This document shows, in pieces, positions 47,410-56,760 of a stretch of DNA of 64,000 nucleotides. Numbering within the stretch: position 1 is the first letter of the stretch; the number at the start of each line of letters is the position of its first letter. The stretch is taken from assembly GCA_910586625.1 (NCBI GenBank), contig CAJUIZ010000006.1, positions 40,907 through 104,906 on the forward strand, in the 5' to 3' direction. A model generated the notes under the pieces. It did no database searches and was not told the origin of the DNA. It saw only the letters and a program-made list of their open reading frames with translations. The position numbers and the translations under genes are program-made. Source of the DNA: an uncultured Christensenellaceae bacterium (lineage in GTDB: Bacteria; Bacillota; Clostridia; Christensenellales; CAG-314).

Positions 47410-48228
47410 ATGAATAAAAACGCCAAAAGATTTACAAGAGAACACTTGCTGTATCTTAAAAAAGCCCGAACGCGCAACATACTGGTTCACTTAACGCAGG
47501 TGGGAATACTGGTTCTGCTACTTGCGATATGGGAGCTTGCGGCGCATTTAGGGTGGATAGACGCGTTTATAATGAGCTGTCCGTCCAAAATATGGAGTAC
47601 TTTGTTAGAGCTGTCCGCAGGCGGCACGCTGTGGTACCACGCTGGGATATCGACATTGGAAACCCTTGCGGGATTTGTGATAGGCACGACGATGGGCTAC
47701 GTTGCGGCAGTGATACTGTGGTGGAATAACTTTCTTAAAGACGTATTCGAGCCATACGTGGTTGTGCTTAACAGTCTGCCCAAGATTGCATTGGGACCGA
47801 TTATTATAATATGGGTAGGAACGGGCAAAGCCGCGATTATTACCATGGCGGTGTTGATATCCGTAGTTATTACCACCATTACCGTGCTTAACGGGTTTAT
47901 GGAAACGGACAAAGACAAAGCTGTGCTGCTTAGGTCTATGGGCGCAAACCGTATGCAGATATTCACCAAGTTGGTTGCGCCGTCTAACGTGCCGACGCTT
48001 ATGGCTACGCTCAAAATTAACGTAGGTATGAGTTGGATAGGGTCGATAATGGGCGAATATCTCGCGTCCAAGGAAGGCTTGGGATATTTGCTCGTTTACG
48101 GCAGTCAGGTTTTCCGCTTGGACGTTGTGATGACCTGCACCATTGTGCTGTGCGCCCTTGCGGGAATTATGTACGCGCTTGTGACAATGTTGGAAAAAAT
48201 TGTCGCCCGCGTATTCCACTTCGAGTAA
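47410..48228 (+). CDS. ABC transporter permease (NitT/TauT family)
   Basis: Six hydrophobic segments and an EAA-like loop (LRSMGANRMQIFTKLVAPSNVP). Confidence 0.85.
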   Translation: MNKNAKRFTREHLLYLKKARTRNILVHLTQVGILVLLLAIWELAAHLGWIDAFIMSCPSKIWSTLLELSAGGTLWYHAGISTLETLAGFVIGTTMGYVAAVILWWNNFLKDVFEPYVVVLNSLPKIALGPIIIIWVGTGKAAIITMAVLISVVITTITVLNGFMETDKDKAVLLRSMGANRMQIFTKLVAPSNVPTLMATLKINVGMSWIGSIMGEYLASKEGLGYLLVYGSQVFRLDVVMTCTIVLCALAGIMYALVTMLEKIVARVFHFE

Positions 48229-48282
48229 GCCGCGGACAATAAAACGTCCGTAATATAACAAACAATAAAGCAAATATATCAA

Positions 48283-48322
48283 GGACTGCCGCAAGCGGAT
48301 AACTATCCGCTTGCGGCAGTCC
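48283..48322. repeat. Perfect 18-bp inverted repeat with a 4-nt loop
   Basis: GGACTGCCGCAAGCGGAT-AACT-ATCCGCTTGCGGCAGTCC lies between convergent genes. No U-tract is present on either side. Confidence 0.7.
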
Positions 48323-48396
48323 GATTGTAATTAGCAGAATAAAAAACGCTTGACACTGCGTACAGATTGTTATTTACGAAAAAGTTTAGACGCAGA

Positions 48397-49584
48397 TTAG
48401 GCTCGTAAAATTTCACTTAAAAATTTTTCGAAATTTTCATAATGCGTTATAAACGGCGCGTCATTGGAAAAAGCGTAAACCGTTGCTTCGCGGTTGTTTC
48501 TTGAAAAGGCGTAATAGCTGTCACTTGCGTCGACGGCGAAAAAATAGAAATCGTCCAAATGGTAATCGGCGGAAGCTGATAGGAGCTGTTTTACGTAGCT
48601 TTCTTCTTCCGCTCGGTACAGGTTCGTCGGCGTGTCTGCGTTTCTGCCTACGTCTATCCAATCCAAATCGGCAAAGCCGACCTTCTTCAAAAATTCGACG
48701 TAACTTTCGGGCAAAAACGGATTCGCTTGCAAAATAGCTTCGATTTGCCCGTCGGAAAGCTCGATTGCATTGTACGGGCGGCGTTTGATTACGTCGATAA
48801 GCGTGTGAATATCCTCGGCGGTATCCGCCGAAGCATCCCGTTTAAGCTCGACCGTGCCTTCGACAGTATCGCACAAGCCTGCCGAAACATTAAGCGAAAA
48901 ATATACCGTCAAAACGTCATCTTCGCATTTGAGAATTTTTAAGAATCCGAAATCGATTTCATCGCCGTCCGCAGTCCAAATATACAGATTGTAACCGTCG
49001 TTCTGTTTTAGCGTTACGGTTTGACCGACGAGTTTTTCGGGAGCGTCTTTCAAAATAATTCCGTTGTCGTTTTCGGCATCGTCCAAAGGCTTACGCTCGA
49101 AATAGCCCGCTTCGACGAGCACGCCGTTTTCTGCGAGATTGCAAACGTCGCAGTAAGTTTCGGGCATATATTTTAATTTTGCGCCGATTATCTCGAATGC
49201 GAAATGATTGCCCGATACATTGTTGAAATTGCTTTCGCATACGTACCGCCCTTCCGCAAAAAACTCGATGCCTTCGTTTACTATCCTTACGGTATTAAGC
49301 TCGGGGTAATCGTTCCGTTGGAACGCCGCAAAAGCGTCGTTGAACGCTTTTTCCTTCTCGCGCGTTATTCTTTGCCTATATTTGCGATCCCGAAGCGCGG
49401 AAATTATGACGGGAATGCGCAGCAACAGCAATATCAAAAAAAATGCGCCCGTTAAAATAAAAAACCAACCGAAAGCCGTAAATCTGTTGCCCTTGGACAA
49501 TACGACCATTACCGTCCCGACGGCGGAGCAAAGCGGAAAGACTATTAACGACGCTATTACCCAATAGAAATCCTTTTTATTCAT
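48397..49584 (-). CDS. Membrane-anchored protein with a C-terminal SMI1/KNR4 (SUKH-1)-like domain
   Basis: Two N-terminal TM helices. The C-terminal ~130 aa (LPESYVEFLKKVGFADL...FFAVDASDSYYAF...ENFEKFLSEIL) resemble SUKH immunity-type domains, but this assignment rests on recollection only. Confidence 0.45.
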   Translation of the reverse strand: MNKKDFYWVIASLIVFPLCSAVGTVMVVLSKGNRFTAFGWFFILTGAFFLILLLLRIPVIISALRDRKYRQRITREKEKAFNDAFAAFQRNDYPELNTVRIVNEGIEFFAEGRYVCESNFNNVSGNHFAFEIIGAKLKYMPETYCDVCNLAENGVLVEAGYFERKPLDDAENDNGIILKDAPEKLVGQTVTLKQNDGYNLYIWTADGDEIDFGFLKILKCEDDVLTVYFSLNVSAGLCDTVEGTVELKRDASADTAEDIHTLIDVIKRRPYNAIELSDGQIEAILQANPFLPESYVEFLKKVGFADLDWIDVGRNADTPTNLYRAEEESYVKQLLSASADYHLDDFYFFAVDASDSYYAFSRNNREATVYAFSNDAPFITHYENFEKFLSEILRA

Positions 49585-49832
49585 AAATCACCTGTTAAAA
49601 AGCAAGCCGCATAAAAAGCCGCAATCTATATGCGTTAATCGACGTAATCAATATAGCATATTTTCATCCAAAAAACAAACGATTGAAGCCGTACGAATGC
49701 TGCCGTTACTCTGCGTACGAAAAAAATTATCATAATTATGCCGTTGTTCGGCTGCGAGACGGCGAGCGGGAAAGAAATGGGTTAATTAAACGGAATACGC
49801 ATAAAAGATAACGTCCATCAATAAAACACAGT

Positions 49833-50822
49833 ATGAGAAAAGCGATAAATTATTTGTCCGACGCAGGGGTTGTCATCGGCTGCTGCTTGGGAGTTGGAAT
49901 GCTGAGCGGAAAGGAAGCGCAGGTTTTCTTCGGCAATACGTCGAACGTAATTATATTTGCGGCGGCGTTTTGCCTTGTTAACATACTGTTCCGCGAATAT
50001 TGCCGCAAAAACAACGTTTGCGACACGGTGGCGTTATCGAAAAAATGCTTCGGCAAACTGTCCGCCCCGTTCGGCGCGGGGCTTGCGCTGTGCTGCTTCG
50101 TGTGCGTAACAACTATGCTTGCGGGCGTCAACGAGTGCTTGGAAGCCCTGATGCCCGTAGGCTCGCTGCCGTTATACGGCGTGGCATGCGCGACGTTAGC
50201 CGCAATTGTAATGAGCAGGGGTATGAAGGCGTTAAAAATAGCCAACGCGGTTTCCATTGCGTTGGCGGTTATACTGATTGCCGTATTGTTTTGCATAAAT
50301 GACAACGCAGGCGACGCTTGCAGCGTAAGCCCCGTTAATCCGATGATATATACGCTGTTTTCCGTAACTATGTCCTTCGGCGTATTGACAAGGTTAGGCG
50401 CGGACAGCGACATGAAAAAGAATATAATCTGCTCCGTAATTGCAAGCGCGGTACTCGCCTCGATAACTGCCGCGGTAATGAAGCTGAGCGACTTCTCGCT
50501 GAGTCTGCCCGCAATAGAAAACATTAGCAATCCGTATCTATTGGCGTATGCGGCGGTAACGCTTACGCTTGCCGCGGTAACCGGCGTGGTAGCAAACGCC
50601 GCGCCCATTGTAGAACGCATAAAAGACGTTATACCCGACGAAAGCCTGTGCTGCGCGCTGACATTTGCGCTGTCTCTCGCTCTGTCGGCGTTGGGCTTCG
50701 ATTTTGCGGTAAAAGCGGGATATCTGATTGTGGGCGTTATAGGCGGAATAACCGTCGCATTGTCCGCAATCAGTTTGATTGCCGAAGGTATTCGTCGTAC
50801 CAAGCGCGCTCGTCAGGGGTAA
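49833..50822 (+). CDS. Multi-pass membrane protein, YkvI-like
   Basis: VVIGCCLGVGMLSGKEAQVFFG resembles the N-terminal YkvI/transporter motif (GAGFASGQE..QFF). About 9-10 hydrophobic segments are present. Confidence 0.5.
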   Translation: MRKAINYLSDAGVVIGCCLGVGMLSGKEAQVFFGNTSNVIIFAAAFCLVNILFREYCRKNNVCDTVALSKKCFGKLSAPFGAGLALCCFVCVTTMLAGVNECLEALMPVGSLPLYGVACATLAAIVMSRGMKALKIANAVSIALAVILIAVLFCINDNAGDACSVSPVNPMIYTLFSVTMSFGVLTRLGADSDMKKNIICSVIASAVLASITAAVMKLSDFSLSLPAIENISNPYLLAYAAVTLTLAAVTGVVANAAPIVERIKDVIPDESLCCALTFALSLALSALGFDFAVKAGYLIVGVIGGITVALSAISLIAEGIRRTKRARQG

Positions 50823-52470
50823 AAATGTCGGCATCCGACCCCGAAGCAAAATCCTTGTAGCTGACCGCAAGCAGAAAATACGCGGTTTTGAATACGGCGT
50901 CGTCGGTTAAATCGGACGGAAGCTCCTTGAAAGCTTTCAACTTGGCGTACGCCGACGTCAAACGTGTTACCGTTACTTTGCGCATACACGCGCACAGAGA
51001 AAACGCCGCGACGAAAACAGCGTCGTCAACCGTAAGCTTGGACAAATCCAAAAGGTAAGCGTTATTTTCCAGAGTTATAACAGTCTTTTTGCGGTAGCCC
51101 GATTCTATCAGTCCCGAAAGCAACGATGAGTTGACGAACGTTTCCTGCAAGGGGGTTGCAAGCTGCTTTAACGCCAATTTGCAGAACAGGCTGCCGTCGC
51201 CGAGATCGACGGACGAAATAAATTCGCACATACAATTAGCCAAACCGTCCGCGGCATCGTAGTCTTCCCCGAGAAGGGCTCCGCGCACAGCTTCGTACAA
51301 AAAGTCGAGATTGACGCAGTCGCCGACTCCGATGGGCGCGCCGTTGCGGAGAGTTGCTTCGAGTCGGCTTTCGGCGAAGCGGACAAGCTGCTCGGGCTGA
51401 TTGAAATACCAGCCCCTGCCGCGTTTCAGCTTCATACGCGAGAAAGCGCAGTCGGAATCCAAAAAGGACAGCGCCACCTGCCAAAAAGCGTTGCGCGGCA
51501 AAGCCCGAGAGAATTCCAACAGTATTTCGCGGCACAAATCAAAGCGTTTGGCATTGTAAAAGGCTATAAAACACAGTTTGAGCGCCAAACAGCCGCAGTC
51601 CTTGCGGCGTTCGTACAGCTTTACGGCGCACGAGAACGCGACTTCGTCGTCCGCCAAGTCGACGATTGCCGTTAGAACGAAATATCTTAGATAGTAGTCG
51701 GACGCGTCTGCGGACAGCTCCAAGGCGCGCAAAATAAGTTTGCGCAGAACTTCGAATCTTACGTCGGCGTCGAAAAACCGTATTACCAAGTCTATAGTAC
51801 GCCTTAGTACGGAAAACGACACTTCCGAAAGGTTAGCCAAATCGGACGCATAGGCAAGCGCTTTGTCCTTGTCGCCGGTGTGAATGCACACCATTATTTT
51901 GGTTTCCAACGTGCGCGCGTCATCGGGGGAATAGTCCATAATCCTTGCTTCCAGATCCTTCACCTTGGAAGTCTGTCGGCGCAGCAGCGCGGTCTGCATA
52001 GCAGAGCGCAGATGCTGAAAATACTCCTGCGAGCGAACGTCGAACACCTTGCCTTCGCTTTCGTAACGGAAAGCGCGATGCAGTTCTTCGCCGATTACTT
52101 CCATCACGTCGCCGTATTCTTCGAACTGTCGGTAGCTTGCTATAAGAAACATATCGCCCTTGCGGGTGATTTTGCCGTCGGCAAAGCTCGGCTTGGATTT
52201 GTAATAGCGCAAAATGGGGCTTACCGAATCGCCAAGTCGGCTTAAATCGCCGAAAACGTCGTATTCGGAAACATATCGCGAAATCACTTCGCCCAACATT
52301 TGCAGCGCGTAGGTGTCGTCGTAGGTCATTGTAAGACAGCCCACCTGATTGAGCAGACTTTCGTAACCGTCTACGCGCGCGAAGGTTGTAAGCGCGTCGA
52401 AATATTCGCCCTTAGCCGCTTGTTTTTTTCCTGTTCTTAACGTCTGGTTTCCGTCTAAATTTACTATCAT
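50770..52470 (-). CDS. Hypothetical 566-aa protein, compositionally alpha-helical, translationally coupled to hslO
   Basis: Long ORF with ordinary composition and no motif I recognise. Its ATG overlaps the hslO stop (4-nt ATGA overlap at 52467-52470). Confidence 0.65.
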   Translation of the reverse strand: MIVNLDGNQTLRTGKKQAAKGEYFDALTTFARVDGYESLLNQVGCLTMTYDDTYALQMLGEVISRYVSEYDVFGDLSRLGDSVSPILRYYKSKPSFADGKITRKGDMFLIASYRQFEEYGDVMEVIGEELHRAFRYESEGKVFDVRSQEYFQHLRSAMQTALLRRQTSKVKDLEARIMDYSPDDARTLETKIMVCIHTGDKDKALAYASDLANLSEVSFSVLRRTIDLVIRFFDADVRFEVLRKLILRALELSADASDYYLRYFVLTAIVDLADDEVAFSCAVKLYERRKDCGCLALKLCFIAFYNAKRFDLCREILLEFSRALPRNAFWQVALSFLDSDCAFSRMKLKRGRGWYFNQPEQLVRFAESRLEATLRNGAPIGVGDCVNLDFLYEAVRGALLGEDYDAADGLANCMCEFISSVDLGDGSLFCKLALKQLATPLQETFVNSSLLSGLIESGYRKKTVITLENNAYLLDLSKLTVDDAVFVAAFSLCACMRKVTVTRLTSAYAKLKAFKELPSDLTDDAVFKTAYFLLAVSYKDFASGSDADIFTPDERAWYDEYLRQSN

Positions 52471-53336
52471 TTTGCAAAAAGCTTGTCCACGTCCTGTTTA
52501 CGGTACACGTATTTTTTACCGCAGAAATGACAGCATACTTCTATTTGTCCGTTTTCCGCGATTATGTCGTCCGCTTCGCTCTTGCCGAGACTGACGACAA
52601 TACGGTTTATCTTGCGTTTGTTGCAGTTACATTTGTACTCTACTTCCGCTTCGGCGACGAATTCCGGATTAAATTCGCCGAAAAAGCGGGTTATTACTTC
52701 CCTTGCCGTGCTGCCGTCGAATTGGTAGCTCATCTCATCCATAGCGTACATAACGGTTTCGATACGGAAAAGCAAGTCTTCGGGGCAGTTGGGCATAACC
52801 TGCACGAACACTCCGCCCGCAGACTTGGCGCGAGCGCCGCCGTCCAAACCTACGCCCAAAGTTACGCCGCAGGGCTGCTGCTCGCTCTTGGCATAGTAGT
52901 AGGCGAAATCGTTGGCAATCTCTCCGCCGATAAGACGGGAAGTGCCCACATACGGCTGTTTGAGACCTATATCCCGAATGACCGTCAAAGAGCCGTCGCG
53001 CCCTACCGCCGCGCCTACGTCCAAAGTGCCGTCGGGCTTGAGCATAGTTTCGCAGGCGGGGTTGATTACGTCCCCCTTGACGTTGCCGAAAGAATCCGCG
53101 CAGACGGTTATTTTGCCCAGCGGACCGCCGCCGTCTATCGTAGCGGACAAATAGTCATCGGCGTTCTTCATCTCCTTGCCCATTAGACACGCCATAGTAA
53201 GCGCGCGACCCAAAGCCACCGCGGCTACGGGGGATAATTTGTGAATTTTAATAGCTTTATTTACTATGTCCTTACTTTCTACGGCGGACACCGTAATCGC
53301 GTTGCCGATAATCGCTTTTGTATATATCGAAGCCAT
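52467..53336 (-). CDS. hslO: Redox-regulated chaperone Hsp33
   Basis: A conserved N-terminal region and a C-terminal zinc centre (CNCNKRK...CCHFCGKKY). I moved the start to MASIYTK (53336), which has an AGGAG RBS. Confidence 0.9.
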   Translation of the reverse strand: MASIYTKAIIGNAITVSAVESKDIVNKAIKIHKLSPVAAVALGRALTMACLMGKEMKNADDYLSATIDGGGPLGKITVCADSFGNVKGDVINPACETMLKPDGTLDVGAAVGRDGSLTVIRDIGLKQPYVGTSRLIGGEIANDFAYYYAKSEQQPCGVTLGVGLDGGARAKSAGGVFVQVMPNCPEDLLFRIETVMYAMDEMSYQFDGSTAREVITRFFGEFNPEFVAEAEVEYKCNCNKRKINRIVVSLGKSEADDIIAENGQIEVCCHFCGKKYVYRKQDVDKLFAK

Positions 53337-53408
53337 ATTTACTCCTAATTCAGTAGTAAAATTGCGACTGAAAGGCATTCGGTCGCAATTAGATAATTAA
53401 AATATTTT

Positions 53409-54581
53409 TTATTTGCCGTCGGATACGTCGGGCTGAGTTTCTTCCGCCGACGCAGCGTCCGAAGAGGGTTCTTCCGAAATATCGGAAATGGGCGCGATTT
53501 CTTCGTCCACGGCATACGGATCGTCGGAATCGGACGGGGTAAAGGCTTGTTCACGAGCGGCTTCGTCCGCCTGCGCTTCTTCCACAACCGCGGACTTGTT
53601 CTTTTTACCCTTTTTGCCCTTGGCAGCGGGCTTTTGCTCGTCATGCTCGGGCTGAGACTGAACAAGAGCGGCTTGAGCTTCTCGCTGAGCTTGCTTCTTT
53701 TTCTTGACTTCCACGGGGTGGAACAGCGCGAAGGTCTTCATCATATGGGTGTGCCATACCAACGGGAAATACATTCCGCCGAACATAAGTACCAAAACCA
53801 TAAATATAGTGTTGAGCATAGAGTTGCGGAAGGCGAAATACAAGCCTACGGGTATAACGGCAATTAAGAAATGGATGATGTTGGGCAAAATGTTGAGCCA
53901 CATCAATCTCCAACTGTCGTCGAGATTGTCGTATACGGATTGCTTGTAGGTTACCGACACCGAGCAAAGTATCATAAGGTAGATTGCCAAGAACATAGCT
54001 ATAATGCACAGCAATACCAAAAGAACGATAGTAAGCCACAGAGGCATAACGGTTACGCCCCATACGTAAAAGTTATACAAACCGAACACCGTAAACGACA
54101 GCTCTACCGTCGTTACGAATGAATACAGGATATTAGCCTTCAAGCCCATACCGATGCTCTTGAAAATACCCACAGCCGACAGCTTGCCCGTCCAAAAAGC
54201 GTCGCGGATTACGGCGTACCCGCCGGAGAAAACAACCGTCGCAAGCAGCGAACCGAGTACGGCGTACAAGCCGTAAATAAGGTTGTTATGCGCAAGCTGC
54301 TCCGCGTAATGCTCGGTGAGACCTTCCCACGCGCCGGTAGAAAAACCGAAAGAATTGAGCTGCGGCAGGCTTTGCAAAAGCGTGGCGTTATTGAAGCTGT
54401 TGAGTATAAGCACCGCGAATACGGGCGCAAGGCACAGTATCATAAGTATACTGAAACCGAACAGACGCCATATATTCTCGCGGTATAATACCTTGAAAAA
54501 ATTCCAAGTGTTGAGACGATTGAGACGTTTGGTAACGTGTTCGTTACGTTCGTTGTTTAATCTTATTTTGCTGAAATTCAT
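53409..54581 (-). CDS. Membrane protein (YesL/DUF624-like N-terminal part) with a long charged C-terminal tail
   Basis: Six or more hydrophobic segments, then the tail KKKKQAQREAQ...KGKKGKKNK...acidic D/E/S. The family call is tentative. Confidence 0.5.
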   Translation of the reverse strand: MNFSKIRLNNERNEHVTKRLNRLNTWNFFKVLYRENIWRLFGFSILMILCLAPVFAVLILNSFNNATLLQSLPQLNSFGFSTGAWEGLTEHYAEQLAHNNLIYGLYAVLGSLLATVVFSGGYAVIRDAFWTGKLSAVGIFKSIGMGLKANILYSFVTTVELSFTVFGLYNFYVWGVTVMPLWLTIVLLVLLCIIAMFLAIYLMILCSVSVTYKQSVYDNLDDSWRLMWLNILPNIIHFLIAVIPVGLYFAFRNSMLNTIFMVLVLMFGGMYFPLVWHTHMMKTFALFHPVEVKKKKQAQREAQAALVQSQPEHDEQKPAAKGKKGKKNKSAVVEEAQADEAAREQAFTPSDSDDPYAVDEEIAPISDISEEPSSDAASAEETQPDVSDGK

Positions 54582-54784
54582 TGCAGTACTTTCCTTTTAT
54601 CCGTGTTAAGCTTACACCTTCAACCTTAAACGGACGTTTAATTACTGATAATTATATATTAAAACGCAATATTTTTCAACCTTATTACCGCCTTTTGACG
54701 AAATCTTTTTGCACGCGGACGGCAAGACGCGACGGTCGGACGGAATAGGCTGTCGAAAAAACACAAAAAAGGGCATTTATTGCA

Positions 54785-55810
54785 ATGCGGATAAATAGGA
54801 TAATACAAACGATATTTCGGAGAAATGATTTGTATAAAAAAACTGTCGCGATTGTAGGCGCAACGGGGTTGGTAGGCGAAAAACTGACGGAAATAATGCA
54901 AAGCAAGCTGACGGACTGCGACGTTAGACTGTTCGGAAACACGCAAGCCGGCAAACGTATAAACTTCCGCAACAAACGCGTAACTGTGGAAAAAACCGAG
55001 CTGCTTGCGCGGGCGGACGTAGATTACGCGGTATTTGCGGCGACCGAAGAAACGGCGAAAGAGCTGATTCCGAGCCTTGCCGAACGGGGAGTCATCTGCA
55101 TAGACAACAGCGCGTATTTCCGACTGAAAAAGGACGTTCCGCTGATTGTGCCGTCGGTAAACGGCGACAAAATCGGCGACGCAAGAATTATAGCAAACCC
55201 GAACTGCTCCACCATACAAACGGTAATAGCGGTTAACGCATTGAAATCGCTGCAACCGACGAAGCTGACCGCGGCTACTTATCAATCGGTAAGCGGAGCG
55301 GGCAAAGCGGGACTTTGCGACCTGACCGAAAAAAACGGTTACGGCAGGCTTACGGCATTTAAGCACCCGATATACGATAACGTAATACCGCAAATCGGCG
55401 AAGTTTGCAAGGACGGCTACACCGCCGAAGAACGCAAAATGCTGTACGAAAGCCGAAAAATATTGGATATGCCGAGACTCAAAGTAAACTGCTTTTGCGC
55501 GAGAGTTCCCGTAAGCGCGGGACACGGAGTATTCGTAAACCTTGCGTTCGCCGAAAAAGTGAATATAGACGAAATACGCGAGCTATTAAAACAAGCGGAA
55601 AACATTATACTGTTGGACTCCCCCGAAGGGCACGTTTACCCTATGCCGATGACAATGCGAAATACCAAGTACGTGGGCGTGGGAAGAATATGCAAAGACC
55701 GCACCGCAAACGCCGTGAATATGTTCGTTGTAGCGGACAATCTGCTGCGCGGAGCGGCGTACAACGCCTACGAGATATTGGAATGCGTAATACGCCGTTC
55801 CAATGCGTAA
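54785..55810 (+). CDS. asd: Aspartate-semialdehyde dehydrogenase
   Basis: VAIVGATGLVG, NPNCSTIQ (active-site Cys) and SVSGAGKAG. An alternative TTG start at 54830 has GGAG 7 nt upstream. Confidence 0.92.
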   Translation: MRINRIIQTIFRRNDLYKKTVAIVGATGLVGEKLTEIMQSKLTDCDVRLFGNTQAGKRINFRNKRVTVEKTELLARADVDYAVFAATEETAKELIPSLAERGVICIDNSAYFRLKKDVPLIVPSVNGDKIGDARIIANPNCSTIQTVIAVNALKSLQPTKLTAATYQSVSGAGKAGLCDLTEKNGYGRLTAFKHPIYDNVIPQIGEVCKDGYTAEERKMLYESRKILDMPRLKVNCFCARVPVSAGHGVFVNLAFAEKVNIDEIRELLKQAENIILLDSPEGHVYPMPMTMRNTKYVGVGRICKDRTANAVNMFVVADNLLRGAAYNAYEILECVIRRSNA

Positions 55811-55823
55811 CGCGTAATGAAGC

Positions 55824-55846
55824 AAGCCCGTTGAAGCAACGGGCTT
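55824..55846. repeat. Hairpin family 3, copy 1 (AAGCCCGTTG-AAG-CAACGGGCTT)
   Basis: The identical 10-bp arms recur at 63946-63968. Confidence 0.7.
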
Positions 55847-55872
55847 ACGTTAATAAAAACAAGGAACGGAAA

Positions 55873-56703
55873 ATGACTAAAAAGTTAATTACGGCGTTGG
55901 CGACCCCGTTTGCCGACGGAAAAATAGACGAAGCAAGCTTTGCGCGCCTTGTGGAATTTCAAGCGGCGAACGGAGCGGACGCGTTACTTGCTCTCGGCAC
56001 TACTGCCGAAAGCCAATTACTGAGTAAAGCCGAAAGCACGCGGCTCTTGACGTTGTGCGGTATACTCGCGGGGAAAATACCCCTAATTGCGGGAATACAC
56101 GAATCGGCGACGGGCAAAGCCGCCGAAGAAGCGAAGCGTCTTGCCGACCTTGGCGCGAGCGCGCTGCTTGCTGCGCCGCCCGCCTTTTGCAAATGCACGG
56201 CTGCGGGCTACAAACGGCACATAGAAACGATTTGCCAAGCGGTTGACATACCCGTAATACCCTACAACGTACCGTCGCGCGCGGGCTATTGTCTCGACGC
56301 GCAAACAATTGTCGAACTGTCGGACAAAATTGCCGCGGTTAAGGACGCCTGCGACAGCGCGGAATTCGCAAAACAAATAGCTGCGAGCGTACCCGTACTG
56401 TGCGGAAGCGACGAACGTCTGACAAGCTACTTGGAAGCGGGCGCTTGCGGAGTAATTTCCGTAACGTCCAACGTAGCGCCGCTGTGGACTAAAAGCATTC
56501 TTAAAGGCGAGCGTTCGCGGGAGTTCGAGCTGTTTGCAAGGCTTACGATGACGGAAGTAAACCCGATAGCGATAAAATATTTTTTGTACAAGGCGGGAAT
56601 CTTCCGCACCTACGACGTACGTTTGCCGCTGACAAGCGCAAACGCCGATACGCAAAAAACTATCGACGAATTTTTGCGGAAATTCGGCGATAAAATACTG
56701 TGA
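55873..56703 (+). CDS. dapA: 4-hydroxy-tetrahydrodipicolinate synthase
   Basis: From MTKKLITALATPF: LALGTTAES, PVIPYNVPSRAG and AAVKDA (Schiff-base Lys context). The listed longer ORF starting at 55405 is an out-of-context extension overlapping asd. Confidence 0.88.
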   Translation: MTKKLITALATPFADGKIDEASFARLVEFQAANGADALLALGTTAESQLLSKAESTRLLTLCGILAGKIPLIAGIHESATGKAAEEAKRLADLGASALLAAPPAFCKCTAAGYKRHIETICQAVDIPVIPYNVPSRAGYCLDAQTIVELSDKIAAVKDACDSAEFAKQIAASVPVLCGSDERLTSYLEAGACGVISVTSNVAPLWTKSILKGERSREFELFARLTMTEVNPIAIKYFLYKAGIFRTYDVRLPLTSANADTQKTIDEFLRKFGDKIL

Positions 56704-56760
56704 TAAACGGCAAATAACAGCGGAGTTTAACCCGAAATACAACGGCAAGGAGACGAAAAA

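Noticed and set aside
54582-54784. A lysine (L-box) riboswitch upstream of asd, and likewise upstream of lysC and ddh
   Set aside because: None of the conserved L-box segments could be found, and the leaders are short or AT-rich without the multi-helix junction signature.
55405-55872. N-terminal 156-aa extension of the dapA ORF
   Set aside because: The extension overlaps the asd coding region in another frame. DapA homology begins at MTKKLITAL (55873), which is preceded by AAGGAACGGAAA.
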